A stretch of DNA of 49,344 bases. Origin: Candidatus Omnitrophota bacterium (GTDB lineage: Bacteria > Omnitrophota > Gorgyraeia > Duberdicusellales > 4484-171). Below, one piece after another: positions 20,468 through 30,230 of this stretch. Where the stretch lies: assembly GCA_023135905.1 (NCBI GenBank), contig JAGLSE010000003.1, positions 1 through 49,344 of the forward strand, read 5' to 3'. The notes beneath the pieces were generated by a model. That model was not told the origin of the DNA. It searched no databases and saw only the letters and a list, made by a program, of their open reading frames with translations. The position numbers and the translations under genes are program-made. Each line of letters begins with the position of its first letter. Positions within the stretch are counted from its first letter, which is position 1.

Positions 20468-21550
20468 TTGATAACAGTTATGATAAAAGTGCTTGCGCCG
20501 ATTAATAGGCCGGAAGAAGTTGAACAAATAATTAAGGCAGGAGCGGATGAACTTTATTGTGGAGTTCTTCCCGAAAATTGGAAACAAAGATATTCCAATA
20601 TAGCTTCTCCTAACAGGAGAGAGTGGACATCAGCCAATCTTTCTAATTTTGGGCAATTACGAGAAATTGTTAAAACAGCTCATTCATATGGTGTGCCGGT
20701 TTATTTCGCGGTAAATGCGTTTTTTACAGAGCAGCAATATCCTTTAATTATGAGTCATATCACAGAGGCTAAAGCTGCGGGAGTTGATGCTTTGATTGTC
20801 GCGGATATAGGGTTGATGCTGAATATAAAAGAAGCAAATCTTGACATTAATATCCATATAAGTAATTGCGGGACTGCGTTTAATTCTGAGACTGTAGAAT
20901 TTTATCGGGACTTAGGAGCAAGTAGAATTGTTTTGCCGAGACAATTGATGATTGATGAGATTGATGATATAGCTTTTTTTGCACATGATATTGAGTTAGA
21001 AGTTTTTATTTTGAACAGTGGATGCAAAAATATTGATGGTTTCTGCACGTTTCATCATGGTGTCAATGAAGTATATCATCCTTTTTTTTGGAATTTATTT
21101 AAAAAACTAAATTTTGATCGTTATTTCTTAAAGTTTTTGAGAAAACTTCCAGGCAGTATATCTTCAAAAATAAAAGCTAACATTGTTGGGGTAGATAGTG
21201 CTTGTTTATTAAATTATAAAATTTTTAATATTTCAGAAGGTGTCGGCGGTAAGGTTTCAGATTTGTCAGATAAAGTATGTCGTGAAGGATTCAATTTGCT
21301 TTCAGGGGCGGATACTTGCGGGGCATGTGATTTATATAGACTCAATAAAATAGACGTTAAGAGTGTGAAAATTGTAGGCAGAAATTATTCTACTTCCAAA
21401 AAAGTTAGTGATGTTGAATTTGTGAAAAAATCATTGTTATTATTAGTTCAAGATCAACTAATGTCCAAGGACGACTATAAAATGAAAGTTGTTCAAATGT
21501 ATAAAGAAATATACGGTATGGCTTGCAATAATTATTGTTATCGTTTTTAG
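20468..21550 (+). CDS. U32-family Fe-S protein (UbiU/TrhP/RlhA-like)
   Basis: LAP..AGADELYCG, GVDALIVADIG, GASRIVLPRQL, GCKNIDGFC, CGAC, VKIVGR. The start is probably the ATG at 20480. Confidence 0.88.
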   Translation: MITVMIKVLAPINRPEEVEQIIKAGADELYCGVLPENWKQRYSNIASPNRREWTSANLSNFGQLREIVKTAHSYGVPVYFAVNAFFTEQQYPLIMSHITEAKAAGVDALIVADIGLMLNIKEANLDINIHISNCGTAFNSETVEFYRDLGASRIVLPRQLMIDEIDDIAFFAHDIELEVFILNSGCKNIDGFCTFHHGVNEVYHPFFWNLFKKLNFDRYFLKFLRKLPGSISSKIKANIVGVDSACLLNYKIFNISEGVGGKVSDLSDKVCREGFNLLSGADTCGACDLYRLNKIDVKSVKIVGRNYSTSKKVSDVEFVKKSLLLLVQDQLMSKDDYKMKVVQMYKEIYGMACNNYCYRF

Positions 21551-21562
21551 TATAAGAGGTTT

Positions 21563-22354
21563 ATGGAACAGGCAATTTTTATTTCTAAAATAAATAATTT
21601 AAAATATGTAAACGGAGATTTTTCACGACTTTACTTTGGTATCGAGTTTTGTCAAAATCTTATACCATCGATAGAAGATGTTACGGTTATATTGAAATTT
21701 ATTTTTGAAAGAAAAATCGAATTAACATTCGTTACTCCTTATCTTACAAATAAAGGTATGGGAAAAATTAAACCGCTACTAAATTATTTAATTGATAAAA
21801 AATCTGAAACAGAGATTGTTGTAAATGATTGGGGTCTTTTAAAATGGATAGCTTATGAACACCCGGAGTCTAATCTAATTTTAGGAAGGTTGCTGAATAA
21901 ACAAAAGAGGGGGCCTCGCATATTAAATTTAGCTGGGAGAGTTCCCGAGAGTATGTATTCTCATTTTCAAATGTCTAATGTAGACAGCAGTATATTTAGT
22001 AATTTTTTAAAAAATAAAAATATAAAGAGAGTTGAGTTGGATAATCTTATACAAGGAATAGATAGACCAAAAAAATCATTAAAAGGCTCTTTATATTTTC
22101 CTTTTGGCTATGTTACTACAACAAGATTTTGCTTGAGCAACTTTTCTATTAGGGATGACATTAAAGTTTTAAGGGGTGTTTATGAGTGCAATAAAAACTG
22201 TCAGAATACTATGGTTAAGCTTAAACACAAAGATATGCCGATAGATTTGTATCTTAAAGGTAACACACAGTTTTTCAAGAATGATAATGTTTCTAAAAAA
22301 TTAAATCATTTAAATATTGATAGATTAGTCTTTCAACCGGAAATCCCACTGTAA
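21563..22354 (+). CDS. UbiV-like U32 partner subunit
   Basis: LYFGIEFC, VVNDWG, RVELDN, TTTRFC, CNKNC, LKGNTQF; adjacent to the UbiU-like gene. Confidence 0.6.
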   Translation: MEQAIFISKINNLKYVNGDFSRLYFGIEFCQNLIPSIEDVTVILKFIFERKIELTFVTPYLTNKGMGKIKPLLNYLIDKKSETEIVVNDWGLLKWIAYEHPESNLILGRLLNKQKRGPRILNLAGRVPESMYSHFQMSNVDSSIFSNFLKNKNIKRVELDNLIQGIDRPKKSLKGSLYFPFGYVTTTRFCLSNFSIRDDIKVLRGVYECNKNCQNTMVKLKHKDMPIDLYLKGNTQFFKNDNVSKKLNHLNIDRLVFQPEIPL

Positions 22355-22356
22355 TA

Positions 22357-23874
22357 ATGAAAATTATCCTTATTTCTTTGTATGGAATAGAAAGTATTGG
22401 GGTGCGGATTCTTTTTTCATTTTTAAAAGCTTATGGTTTTGATGTTACCATCATTTTTTTGAAAAAATGGGTAAATAACAATATTTGTGTACCTAGTATT
22501 GTTGAAGAGGCTTGTCTTGTTAAATTGTTAAAAAATATAAGTCCTGCTTTAGTTGGTTTAAGTTTTGGAACTTCTTATTTTAATATAGCAAAAAAAATAA
22601 CATTTAGTATAAAAAGTAATCTTGACAGTATGGTTGTTTGGGGAGGAGTTCATGCTACTATCGTTCCTGAGGAGTGTATTGATTTTGCCGATATAGTTTG
22701 TGTCGGTGAGGGTGAGTATCCTCTTTTGGAATTAGCGAAACAGCTTGCTATGAGGGAGGAAATATCCAACATTCAGAATTTATGGATAAGAAATGATAAT
22801 CATGTGGAGAAAAACGGTTTAAGAAAATTGGTTAATAATTTAGATGAATTGCCTTTCCCTAATTTAGAGAATGATAATAAATTTTATATAGAAAATAATA
22901 GAGTTTATGAAGGAGACCCTCTTTATAAAAGTGCTGAGTACAGGATAATTGCATCTAGAGGGTGTCTTTTTAATTGCAGTTATTGTTATAACAGTACTCT
23001 TAGAAAAATATATAAGGAGAAGGGTAATTATTTTAGACAAAGAAGTCCGGAAAACGTTGTTGCAGAATTGGAATATGCGATAAAAACTATACCGCGTTTG
23101 AGGAAAATTAAATTTGATGATGATACTTTTATATTTCCTAATGAATGGATTGATAAGTTTTGCAGTTTATATAAAAAAAGAATAAATATTCCTTTTGATA
23201 TATTGTTAAATCCCTTGGTAATAGATGAGTCGGTTTTATTGAAACTAAAGGATGCAGGTTTAAGGGGGGTGCAAATAGGAATCCAAACCAGCGCTGAAGG
23301 ACATCTAAAAGAAGTATATCAAAGATCAGCCTCAAATGAAAAGATTGTGAAGTTTTCTCAAATAAATAGGAAATTAAAACTAGATGTAGTTTATGATATA
23401 ATTTTAGATGATCCTACAGCCACAGTAGAGGAGAAAAAAGAACTTTTTGTTTTTTTAATGAGTTTGTCTCGCCCATTTAAATTGTTTTTGTATTCATTAA
23501 CTTTTTTTCCTAAAACGGATATAAGTAATAGGTTTTTAGAGATGGGTATAATTGATAAAAATGATATTGAGGGGGCAGCAACAAAAACTTTTAATCAGTA
23601 CAGATTAAGTATGGCATATCCTAGGTCTAAAGAAGATATATTTTTTATTAGTCTTATAGTCCTTATAACAAAAAATTTTATTCCTAAAGCTTTTATTTAT
23701 AGAATATATCGTAATAAGTTTTTAAGGAAACATCCTTATTTTTTAAAAATTTTTAGTCAATTGTGTAATTTTATTAAAATAGTGAGTATTGCTTTTAAAA
23801 TGTTTGTTAGAGGAGAATTAACATTTTTAAAGATAAAAGAATATTTGAATGTCAGAAAGTTATTAACGCAATAA
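22357..23874 (+). CDS. Cobalamin-dependent radical SAM protein
   Basis: GGVHAT, GEGE, SRGCLFNCSYC, FDDDTF, TFFPKT. Confidence 0.92.
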   Translation: MKIILISLYGIESIGVRILFSFLKAYGFDVTIIFLKKWVNNNICVPSIVEEACLVKLLKNISPALVGLSFGTSYFNIAKKITFSIKSNLDSMVVWGGVHATIVPEECIDFADIVCVGEGEYPLLELAKQLAMREEISNIQNLWIRNDNHVEKNGLRKLVNNLDELPFPNLENDNKFYIENNRVYEGDPLYKSAEYRIIASRGCLFNCSYCYNSTLRKIYKEKGNYFRQRSPENVVAELEYAIKTIPRLRKIKFDDDTFIFPNEWIDKFCSLYKKRINIPFDILLNPLVIDESVLLKLKDAGLRGVQIGIQTSAEGHLKEVYQRSASNEKIVKFSQINRKLKLDVVYDIILDDPTATVEEKKELFVFLMSLSRPFKLFLYSLTFFPKTDISNRFLEMGIIDKNDIEGAATKTFNQYRLSMAYPRSKEDIFFISLIVLITKNFIPKAFIYRIYRNKFLRKHPYFLKIFSQLCNFIKIVSIAFKMFVRGELTFLKIKEYLNVRKLLTQ

Positions 23875-23880
23875 AGAATT

Positions 23881-25290
23881 ATGAAAGTGCTTTTAATTAA
23901 TCCTCCGAATAATACAATAATAAATTCCGAATTACCTAAATGGTTGAACCAGACAGTAGGAGTTTTCCCGCCGTTAGGTTTAATGTATATTGCTTCTTAT
24001 ATGAAGGTAAATACTAACTATGAGGTCCGAATTTTGGATGCATTTGTTGAGAGTATGTCATGGGAAGGAATAAAGGATTATATAAAGAAGTTTTGTCCAG
24101 GAGTTATTGGGATTACGGCTTACACTCATAGTTTGATTGATGTTATTTCCCTTGTGGAGAATATTAAAAAAGTATTTCCGCGGGTACATATTTGTTTAGG
24201 AGGTATACATGTTAAGGTTTTCCCTAAACAGGCGATAGGTATACCCGGAGTGGATTCTGTAATCTTGGGAGAAGGAGAGGTGTCTTTTACTGAATTAGTA
24301 TCTGCTTTAGAAAAAGGAAAGTCTTTGAATAAGATAAAAGGTTTAGTTTTTAAATCAAATAAGAAAATTATATTTACAAAATCTAAAATTAATTATCTTA
24401 ATCTTGATGATTTACCATTTCCTGATAGAAAGTTGATTAATTTGAAAAAGTATTATCATGTGGCCGGTAAAAAATTAGGTTTAGCTACAATACTAAGTAG
24501 TAGAGGGTGTCCCTATCGGTGTTCTTTTTGTTGTGTCCCTGATGGTACCTATAGAATGCGTTCTTCTAAAAATGTTGTTGATGAGATGGAGGAATGTGTT
24601 TGTTTGGGGCTAAAAGAAATTCATTTTTTGGATGATGTTTTTAACGCGGTCTCCGAACGGGTTTTAGAAATTTGTGAGGAAATAACTCGGAGAAATCTTA
24701 AGGTGCAATGGAGTTTTAGAGGAAGAATAGATAGCTTAAATGAGACGGTTATTTTTAATTTAAAAAAAACTGGATGTATAAGGATAAATTTAGGTGTAGA
24801 AGCTGCGACAGATGAAGGATTGAAAATGTTGTCAAAGGGAATAACCGTGGAACAAATAAAAAAAGTGTTTAAATTAACTAGGGCTGCTGGTATAGAAACT
24901 GTTGCTTATTTTATGCTTGGATGTCCTCATGAAAGGAATAAGTTTGACGTAAAAAAGACAATTGAATTTTCTTGTGATATTGATCCAGATTTTGCTTTAT
25001 TCAATATATTGACTTTGTATCCTGCTACTCAGTTGTATAGATGTGCGGTAGAAAAAGGTTTTATAGAGGATGATTGTTGGAATAATTTTGTTATGAATCC
25101 TAAAAAGACATTTAATCCCCCTATATGGGATGAATATCTTTCCAGAGAAGAATTAATAAAGTTAATCAAGTTTGCTTATAGGCGGTTTTATCTTCGTCCT
25201 TGTGTTATTCTTCGGAATTTATTTAAACCATTTACTTTGGAAGGATTTAAAAGGAAATTTAAAGTAATGATTAATATTATCAAGGGTTAA
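23881..25290 (+). CDS. Cobalamin-dependent radical SAM protein
   Basis: LLINPP, PPLGLMYIA, GGIH, SRGCPYRCSFC, LDDVF, GVEA. Confidence 0.93.
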   Translation: MKVLLINPPNNTIINSELPKWLNQTVGVFPPLGLMYIASYMKVNTNYEVRILDAFVESMSWEGIKDYIKKFCPGVIGITAYTHSLIDVISLVENIKKVFPRVHICLGGIHVKVFPKQAIGIPGVDSVILGEGEVSFTELVSALEKGKSLNKIKGLVFKSNKKIIFTKSKINYLNLDDLPFPDRKLINLKKYYHVAGKKLGLATILSSRGCPYRCSFCCVPDGTYRMRSSKNVVDEMEECVCLGLKEIHFLDDVFNAVSERVLEICEEITRRNLKVQWSFRGRIDSLNETVIFNLKKTGCIRINLGVEAATDEGLKMLSKGITVEQIKKVFKLTRAAGIETVAYFMLGCPHERNKFDVKKTIEFSCDIDPDFALFNILTLYPATQLYRCAVEKGFIEDDCWNNFVMNPKKTFNPPIWDEYLSREELIKLIKFAYRRFYLRPCVILRNLFKPFTLEGFKRKFKVMINIIKG

Positions 25291-25353
25291 AAAATTTTAT
25301 CAAGAGATGCAATTAAAAACTGAAATTAGAGATATAAAATAATTTATATAATT

Positions 25354-26898
25354 ATGGTATTAAAGAGTAAAAAAAAGACAGGATGTGTGGCGTTAATTTC
25401 TTTATATGATACTGAAAATAGCGCGGTTCGGAGTTTATCAGCTGTGCTTAGAAAGAATGATTATAGAACACTTGAAATATATTTTAAAGATTGGGTAAAT
25501 AATAAGTTGATTTGGCCAACAGAAAAAGAAATAGATAATTTAATTAAAATTTTGAAAGAAGAAGAAGTTACTGTTATAGGCGTAAGCTTACGGGCTTCAG
25601 CGTATTTTAAAGTTGCTAAATTTATCATAACAAAGGTAAAAAGTGTATTAGATGTAATTGTTGTTATAGGTGGAACTCATCCAACTGTTAAACCCAGGGA
25701 CTGTTTGGAAATAGCGGATATTGTTTGTGTCGGTGAGGGTGAGTTGGTTATGCTTGAATTAGTTGAGAAGATATCTCAAGGGGAAGATTTCAAAAATATT
25801 TCAAATTTATGGGTTAAGCGAGGTGAGATAATACATAAAAATGAGGTTAGCCCCCTTATTGGTAATTTAAACAATATACCTTCTCCTTACTTTATACATA
25901 AAGATAAATATTTTATTGATGGAAACAGGATGTACGAAAAAGATCCTATTTTAAATGATCCCATTGTTTCATTCTCGGCTTCAAGGGGATGTTTTTTTAG
26001 TTGCAGTTTTTGTTATAACAGTGCTTTAAAAAGAATTTATAAAGATAAAGGTGAAATCCTTCGGTATAAGACAGTTGATAAAGTTATAGCAGAGTTAGAA
26101 AAAATAAAAAGTAGTTTTAATAATCTAAAAAAGATTCGCTTTGATGATGAAGTGTTTATTTTTAATACGGAGTGGATGGAAGAATTTTGTGAAAAATATA
26201 AGAGGAATATTGATCTTCCTTTTGAATGTTTTATTTATCCTGGGCAATATGAGGAAAATGTGTGGATAAATTTACATAAAGCAGGTCTTGCTGCAGTGAA
26301 CATCGGAGTAGAAGGATCGCCTAATATCAACAAAAAATTGTATAACCGAATATTTTTGGATAAAAATATTACAAATATAGCTGAAATATTTCATAAATTA
26401 AAAATAGAGGTGCATTATCAAATTGTTGTTGATGATTTTTTTTCTGATAATAGGGATATGAGCTACCTATTTAATTTTTTAATTAATCTTCCCCGGCCTT
26501 TAGAGATATATTTGTTTTCTTTGACAGTTTTTCCGGGGACTGATTTGGCAAAAAAATTATTGGTAGAAGGGTATATAAAAGATTCGGATATCGAGGGGGT
26601 TGCGACAAAAACGTTCAAACAACTTAGAGTTGATTTGAGTTATCCGCGGTCTAAAGAAGAGTTGTTTTGGGTAAGTCTGCTAATTCTTATATCAAAGGAA
26701 TTTATTCCAAAAATATTAATTAAAAATTTTGAAAAGAGTCTTTTTTTTAAGGAAAATCCAAAGATTTTAGCAGCGATAGCTCAGATATCTAATGTAATAA
26801 AAATGATAGGTGTAGCCTTTTTGTTGCTGGTTAGAGGAGAAATTAACTATAGATTGATGAAAAGATGGATAAATCTTAAATCGATGATAACTCAATAA
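25354..26898 (+). CDS. Cobalamin-dependent radical SAM protein, paralog of 22357
   Basis: GGTHPT, GEGE, SRGCFFSCSFC, FDDEVF, TVFPGT. Confidence 0.92.
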   Translation: MVLKSKKKTGCVALISLYDTENSAVRSLSAVLRKNDYRTLEIYFKDWVNNKLIWPTEKEIDNLIKILKEEEVTVIGVSLRASAYFKVAKFIITKVKSVLDVIVVIGGTHPTVKPRDCLEIADIVCVGEGELVMLELVEKISQGEDFKNISNLWVKRGEIIHKNEVSPLIGNLNNIPSPYFIHKDKYFIDGNRMYEKDPILNDPIVSFSASRGCFFSCSFCYNSALKRIYKDKGEILRYKTVDKVIAELEKIKSSFNNLKKIRFDDEVFIFNTEWMEEFCEKYKRNIDLPFECFIYPGQYEENVWINLHKAGLAAVNIGVEGSPNINKKLYNRIFLDKNITNIAEIFHKLKIEVHYQIVVDDFFSDNRDMSYLFNFLINLPRPLEIYLFSLTVFPGTDLAKKLLVEGYIKDSDIEGVATKTFKQLRVDLSYPRSKEELFWVSLLILISKEFIPKILIKNFEKSLFFKENPKILAAIAQISNVIKMIGVAFLLLVRGEINYRLMKRWINLKSMITQ

Positions 26899-26914
26899 AA
26901 AGTTATATAAAAAC

Positions 26915-28357
26915 ATGAAAGTTTTATTAATTAATCCGCCGATAGAAGAAAGTATTTTAAAACCTGTATTAAAGAATTTGTTTTATAATTCTCCGCCACT
27001 AGGATTGTGTTATATCGCGGCTGTATTAAAGAAAAATAAGGTGGTTGTGAAAATAATAGATGCGGCGGTTGAGCGTCTTTCTATATTAAAAATTATTAAG
27101 AGAGTGGAAAAAATAAATCCGGATGTTGTAGGATTGACTTCAACTACATATTCATTTCCATTTGCTCTAATTTTAGCTAAAGAAATAAAAAAGTATTTTA
27201 AGGATATTGTAATTATTATGGGAGGGTCTCATATTACGGCTAACCCCGATGTGTTATTAAGGTTTAATTGTTTTGATTTCGGAGTTCTTGGAGAGGGTGA
27301 AGTAACTATGACTGAATTAATAGAATGTTTAAAGTATAATGGAAATTTTGAGGATGTTCCAGGATTAGCTTTTGAGAGGAAAGAAAAATTATTTTTTAGT
27401 CCAAAACGTCAGTTTATTGAAGATTTAGATTGTCTTCCATTTCCGGATAGAGATTTGGTACCTTTAGATTTATATCGACCACAACCGAATGATTGGAATG
27501 TTTTGCCTAAGTTGAGCATGATAACTACTAGGGGTTGCAGCTATGGATGTATTTTTTGCGATAAGGGTGTTTTTGGTATGAAATATCGGTCTTTTAGTCC
27601 GAAATATATTGTTGCTGAAATGAAAATGTTGATTGATAAATATGGTGCAAAGGATATTGCATTTTTAGATTCGACTTTTACAACTAGTATCGAAAGAGTA
27701 AAAGATGTGATTTTAGAAATAAAACGGTCTAAAGTTGATGTGAATTGGACATGTACGGTAAGAGCTAATGTTGTGACTTATGATCTTCTTAAAGAAATGA
27801 AAAATGCGGGATGTTGGCGAATAAGGATAGGAGTTGAAAGTGCCAACAATAATGTGTTAAAATTTATAAAAAAAGGAATAACAATTGAGGATGTTAGGAA
27901 AGTTTCAAAGTGGGCTGATAGTTTGGGTTTACAGCCAAAAGGGTTTTTTTCCATAGGACATCTAATAGATACCAAAGAAACAATAAATGAAACTATAGAG
28001 TTTGCTAAAAAAGCATATTTTAAAGATATTACTGTTCAAATCAATACACCACTTAAAGGAACACCCCAATATAAGATTTGTGAAAAATATGGAGTTTTGA
28101 GTAATAAAAATAACGTAGATTATTCTTTTTGGCAGCCTTTTTTTGTTCCAAATGGTATGACTAAGGAAGAGTTAACAAGATTGCATAATAAGTTTTATAG
28201 GACATTTTATTGTCGTTTTGTAATTATCAGGAGGCATATTAAAGCTATTAAGGGTATTGGAGATATAAAAAAATATATTTTGTCCATAGATTTAATAACA
28301 TATTTGTTTTTTAATAGACTTTATGATAACAAGTGTAAACAAAAGGCAAATCGGTGA
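26915..28357 (+). CDS. Cobalamin-dependent radical SAM protein
   Basis: LLINPP, PPLGLCYIA, GGSH, TRGCSYGCIFC, GVESA, TPLKGT. Confidence 0.93.
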   Translation: MKVLLINPPIEESILKPVLKNLFYNSPPLGLCYIAAVLKKNKVVVKIIDAAVERLSILKIIKRVEKINPDVVGLTSTTYSFPFALILAKEIKKYFKDIVIIMGGSHITANPDVLLRFNCFDFGVLGEGEVTMTELIECLKYNGNFEDVPGLAFERKEKLFFSPKRQFIEDLDCLPFPDRDLVPLDLYRPQPNDWNVLPKLSMITTRGCSYGCIFCDKGVFGMKYRSFSPKYIVAEMKMLIDKYGAKDIAFLDSTFTTSIERVKDVILEIKRSKVDVNWTCTVRANVVTYDLLKEMKNAGCWRIRIGVESANNNVLKFIKKGITIEDVRKVSKWADSLGLQPKGFFSIGHLIDTKETINETIEFAKKAYFKDITVQINTPLKGTPQYKICEKYGVLSNKNNVDYSFWQPFFVPNGMTKEELTRLHNKFYRTFYCRFVIIRRHIKAIKGIGDIKKYILSIDLITYLFFNRLYDNKCKQKANR

Positions 28358-28935
28358 TACGTCAGGCTAAAGAAAGTGATATAACGCGAATTAGTGAATT
28401 GTATTGTTTGTATATTGAGGATTCTTTTTTCGTTCATTTTGGGAAAGGTTTTCTGAAAGAATTATTTAAAAATATAATTATTTCTAAACACGCATTATGT
28501 TTTGTATATGAAATAGATGGTAAAGTTCAGGGATTTATAACAGGGGCATTTCAGTTATCTAAATTATTTAGAGAAATGTTTTTTAGAAAGTGTCATGTTT
28601 GGGCGATAAAGGTAATGCCTCAAATAATAAGGTATCCTTCGAGTATAAAATATATTATTGAAAGCTTTTTATATTCAGTTAAGGCGCATATTGAAAATAT
28701 TAATTCTGAACTCTTGTTTATAGCTATTGAACCCGAATTTAGGAAGAAGGGGGTCGCGAGTCTCTTGGTGGATAGAATTATCAAAGATTTTCGCAATAAG
28801 GGGGTTAGTAAAGTAAAAGTTGCAACAGTAAAAAATAATAAAGGTGTTAATAAATTTCTTGAAAGTTATGGGGCTTATTTTGAGAGGGAATTTAAATTTT
28901 ATGGGAAAAATATGATTTTATATATTATCAAATGA
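28354..28935 (+). CDS. GNAT N-acetyl/acyltransferase
   Basis: IRQA..SDI, ELLFIAIEPEFRKKGVAS, N..VNKFLESYG. Confidence 0.88.
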   Translation: MIRQAKESDITRISELYCLYIEDSFFVHFGKGFLKELFKNIIISKHALCFVYEIDGKVQGFITGAFQLSKLFREMFFRKCHVWAIKVMPQIIRYPSSIKYIIESFLYSVKAHIENINSELLFIAIEPEFRKKGVASLLVDRIIKDFRNKGVSKVKVATVKNNKGVNKFLESYGAYFEREFKFYGKNMILYIIK

Positions 28936-29957
28936 GAATTGAACATTATTTTCGGTTAGCAAAAAATTTAATAGGTAGAAAAAGGCCTATCTATGTTCAT
29001 TTTGCGGTCACACACAGGTGCAGTTTGCGGTGCCGCATGTGTGGTATCTGGTCTACAGGAAATGAGGCTGAGGAAATTTCTTTATTGGATATTAATAGAA
29101 TAGCGGAGTATTTATATTCTTTAGGTGTTGTATCTATAAGTTTAGGCGGGGGAGAACCGTTAGAAAGAAAAGATTTAGTTGATATTGTCCGCATATTTAA
29201 AAAAAATAAATTTAATGTTAGGTTGCTTACTAATGGCATAATTGAGGATTCTTCTAAAATAAAAGATTTAATTAATGCAGGGTTAGATGAGGTATCAATA
29301 TCTTTGGATATTTTGGATCCAACCAAACAAGATTATATATGCAGTGGTGAAGGAGTTTGGGATAAAGTTGTAGGTACTATGAAAATATTTGCCCAAAATA
29401 TTAAAGGAAGGGATGGTGCTTTGTTGGTGAATACGGTAGTATCTAAACATAATATTAAAGAGTTAATTGAGTTGGCTCAGTTTGTTAAAGAATATAAATT
29501 TTATATTTCTTTTATACCTTTAGAAAATAATAGTCTAACTGATGATGGTTTCAAAATTTTAAAAGAAGATTATGGTGAGGTCGATAAAATTTATAGCCTG
29601 TTAATAAAAGAAAAAAATAAAAGAGGAAATAATATTTTTAATTCAACAAAATTTCTGGAAATGTCTAGAAATTATTTTTTAGGCAGAAAAATAAATAATG
29701 ATTGCGATGCGGGAGAATTATATCTTTCTATTTCCCCGGAAGGGTTTATATCTTTTTGTCATAAATTTACGAAAAATATGGCATTATCATTAGAAGATTT
29801 TGATAAATTTATAAAGTCTCAAGATTATAGAAGACAATGTAGAGAATTTAGGGAAAAATGTGGTGGATGTATGAGGCCTTGCTGGCGAGAAATTAGTTTT
29901 TTATCTCACGATTTTAAAAGCTTTTTCGAAATTACTAGGCTGAAACTAAAATTTTGA
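28932..29957 (+). CDS. Radical SAM protein with twitch-like C-terminus
   Basis: CSLRCRMC, GGGEPLER, ISLD, CDAG..ISPEG..FC, CGGCMRPC. Confidence 0.9.
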   Translation: MRIEHYFRLAKNLIGRKRPIYVHFAVTHRCSLRCRMCGIWSTGNEAEEISLLDINRIAEYLYSLGVVSISLGGGEPLERKDLVDIVRIFKKNKFNVRLLTNGIIEDSSKIKDLINAGLDEVSISLDILDPTKQDYICSGEGVWDKVVGTMKIFAQNIKGRDGALLVNTVVSKHNIKELIELAQFVKEYKFYISFIPLENNSLTDDGFKILKEDYGEVDKIYSLLIKEKNKRGNNIFNSTKFLEMSRNYFLGRKINNDCDAGELYLSISPEGFISFCHKFTKNMALSLEDFDKFIKSQDYRRQCREFREKCGGCMRPCWREISFLSHDFKSFFEITRLKLKF

Positions 29958-30083
29958 GGAATAATATTTGTTTTTAAATTCTTTAAATAAGATTAAAAAT
30001 TTGTAAGCCTTGTTTTTTAGATAACAAAGAAAAGGTGAATAATATTTATGATTTATCTTAAGTTTTAGCATAATGTTGTATAG

Positions 30084-30112
30084 TTGAGGTTTTAATTGGA
30101 GTATGTTATACT
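30084..30112 (+). promoter_or_regulatory. sigma70-type promoter (extended -10) for the 30.2-44.8 kb block
   Basis: TTGAGG (30084-30089), 17 nt, TATACT (30107-30112) preceded by TGn. Confidence 0.45.
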
Positions 30113-30230
30113 AAAAATTAAAAATGGTATAAACGCTGTTTTAATAGTTTTAAGAGTTGTTTAGGAATTGATATTTTCGTAATATTTCTATATGAATAAG
30201 AGATAGAATATTTATAGATAGTCTAATTTT

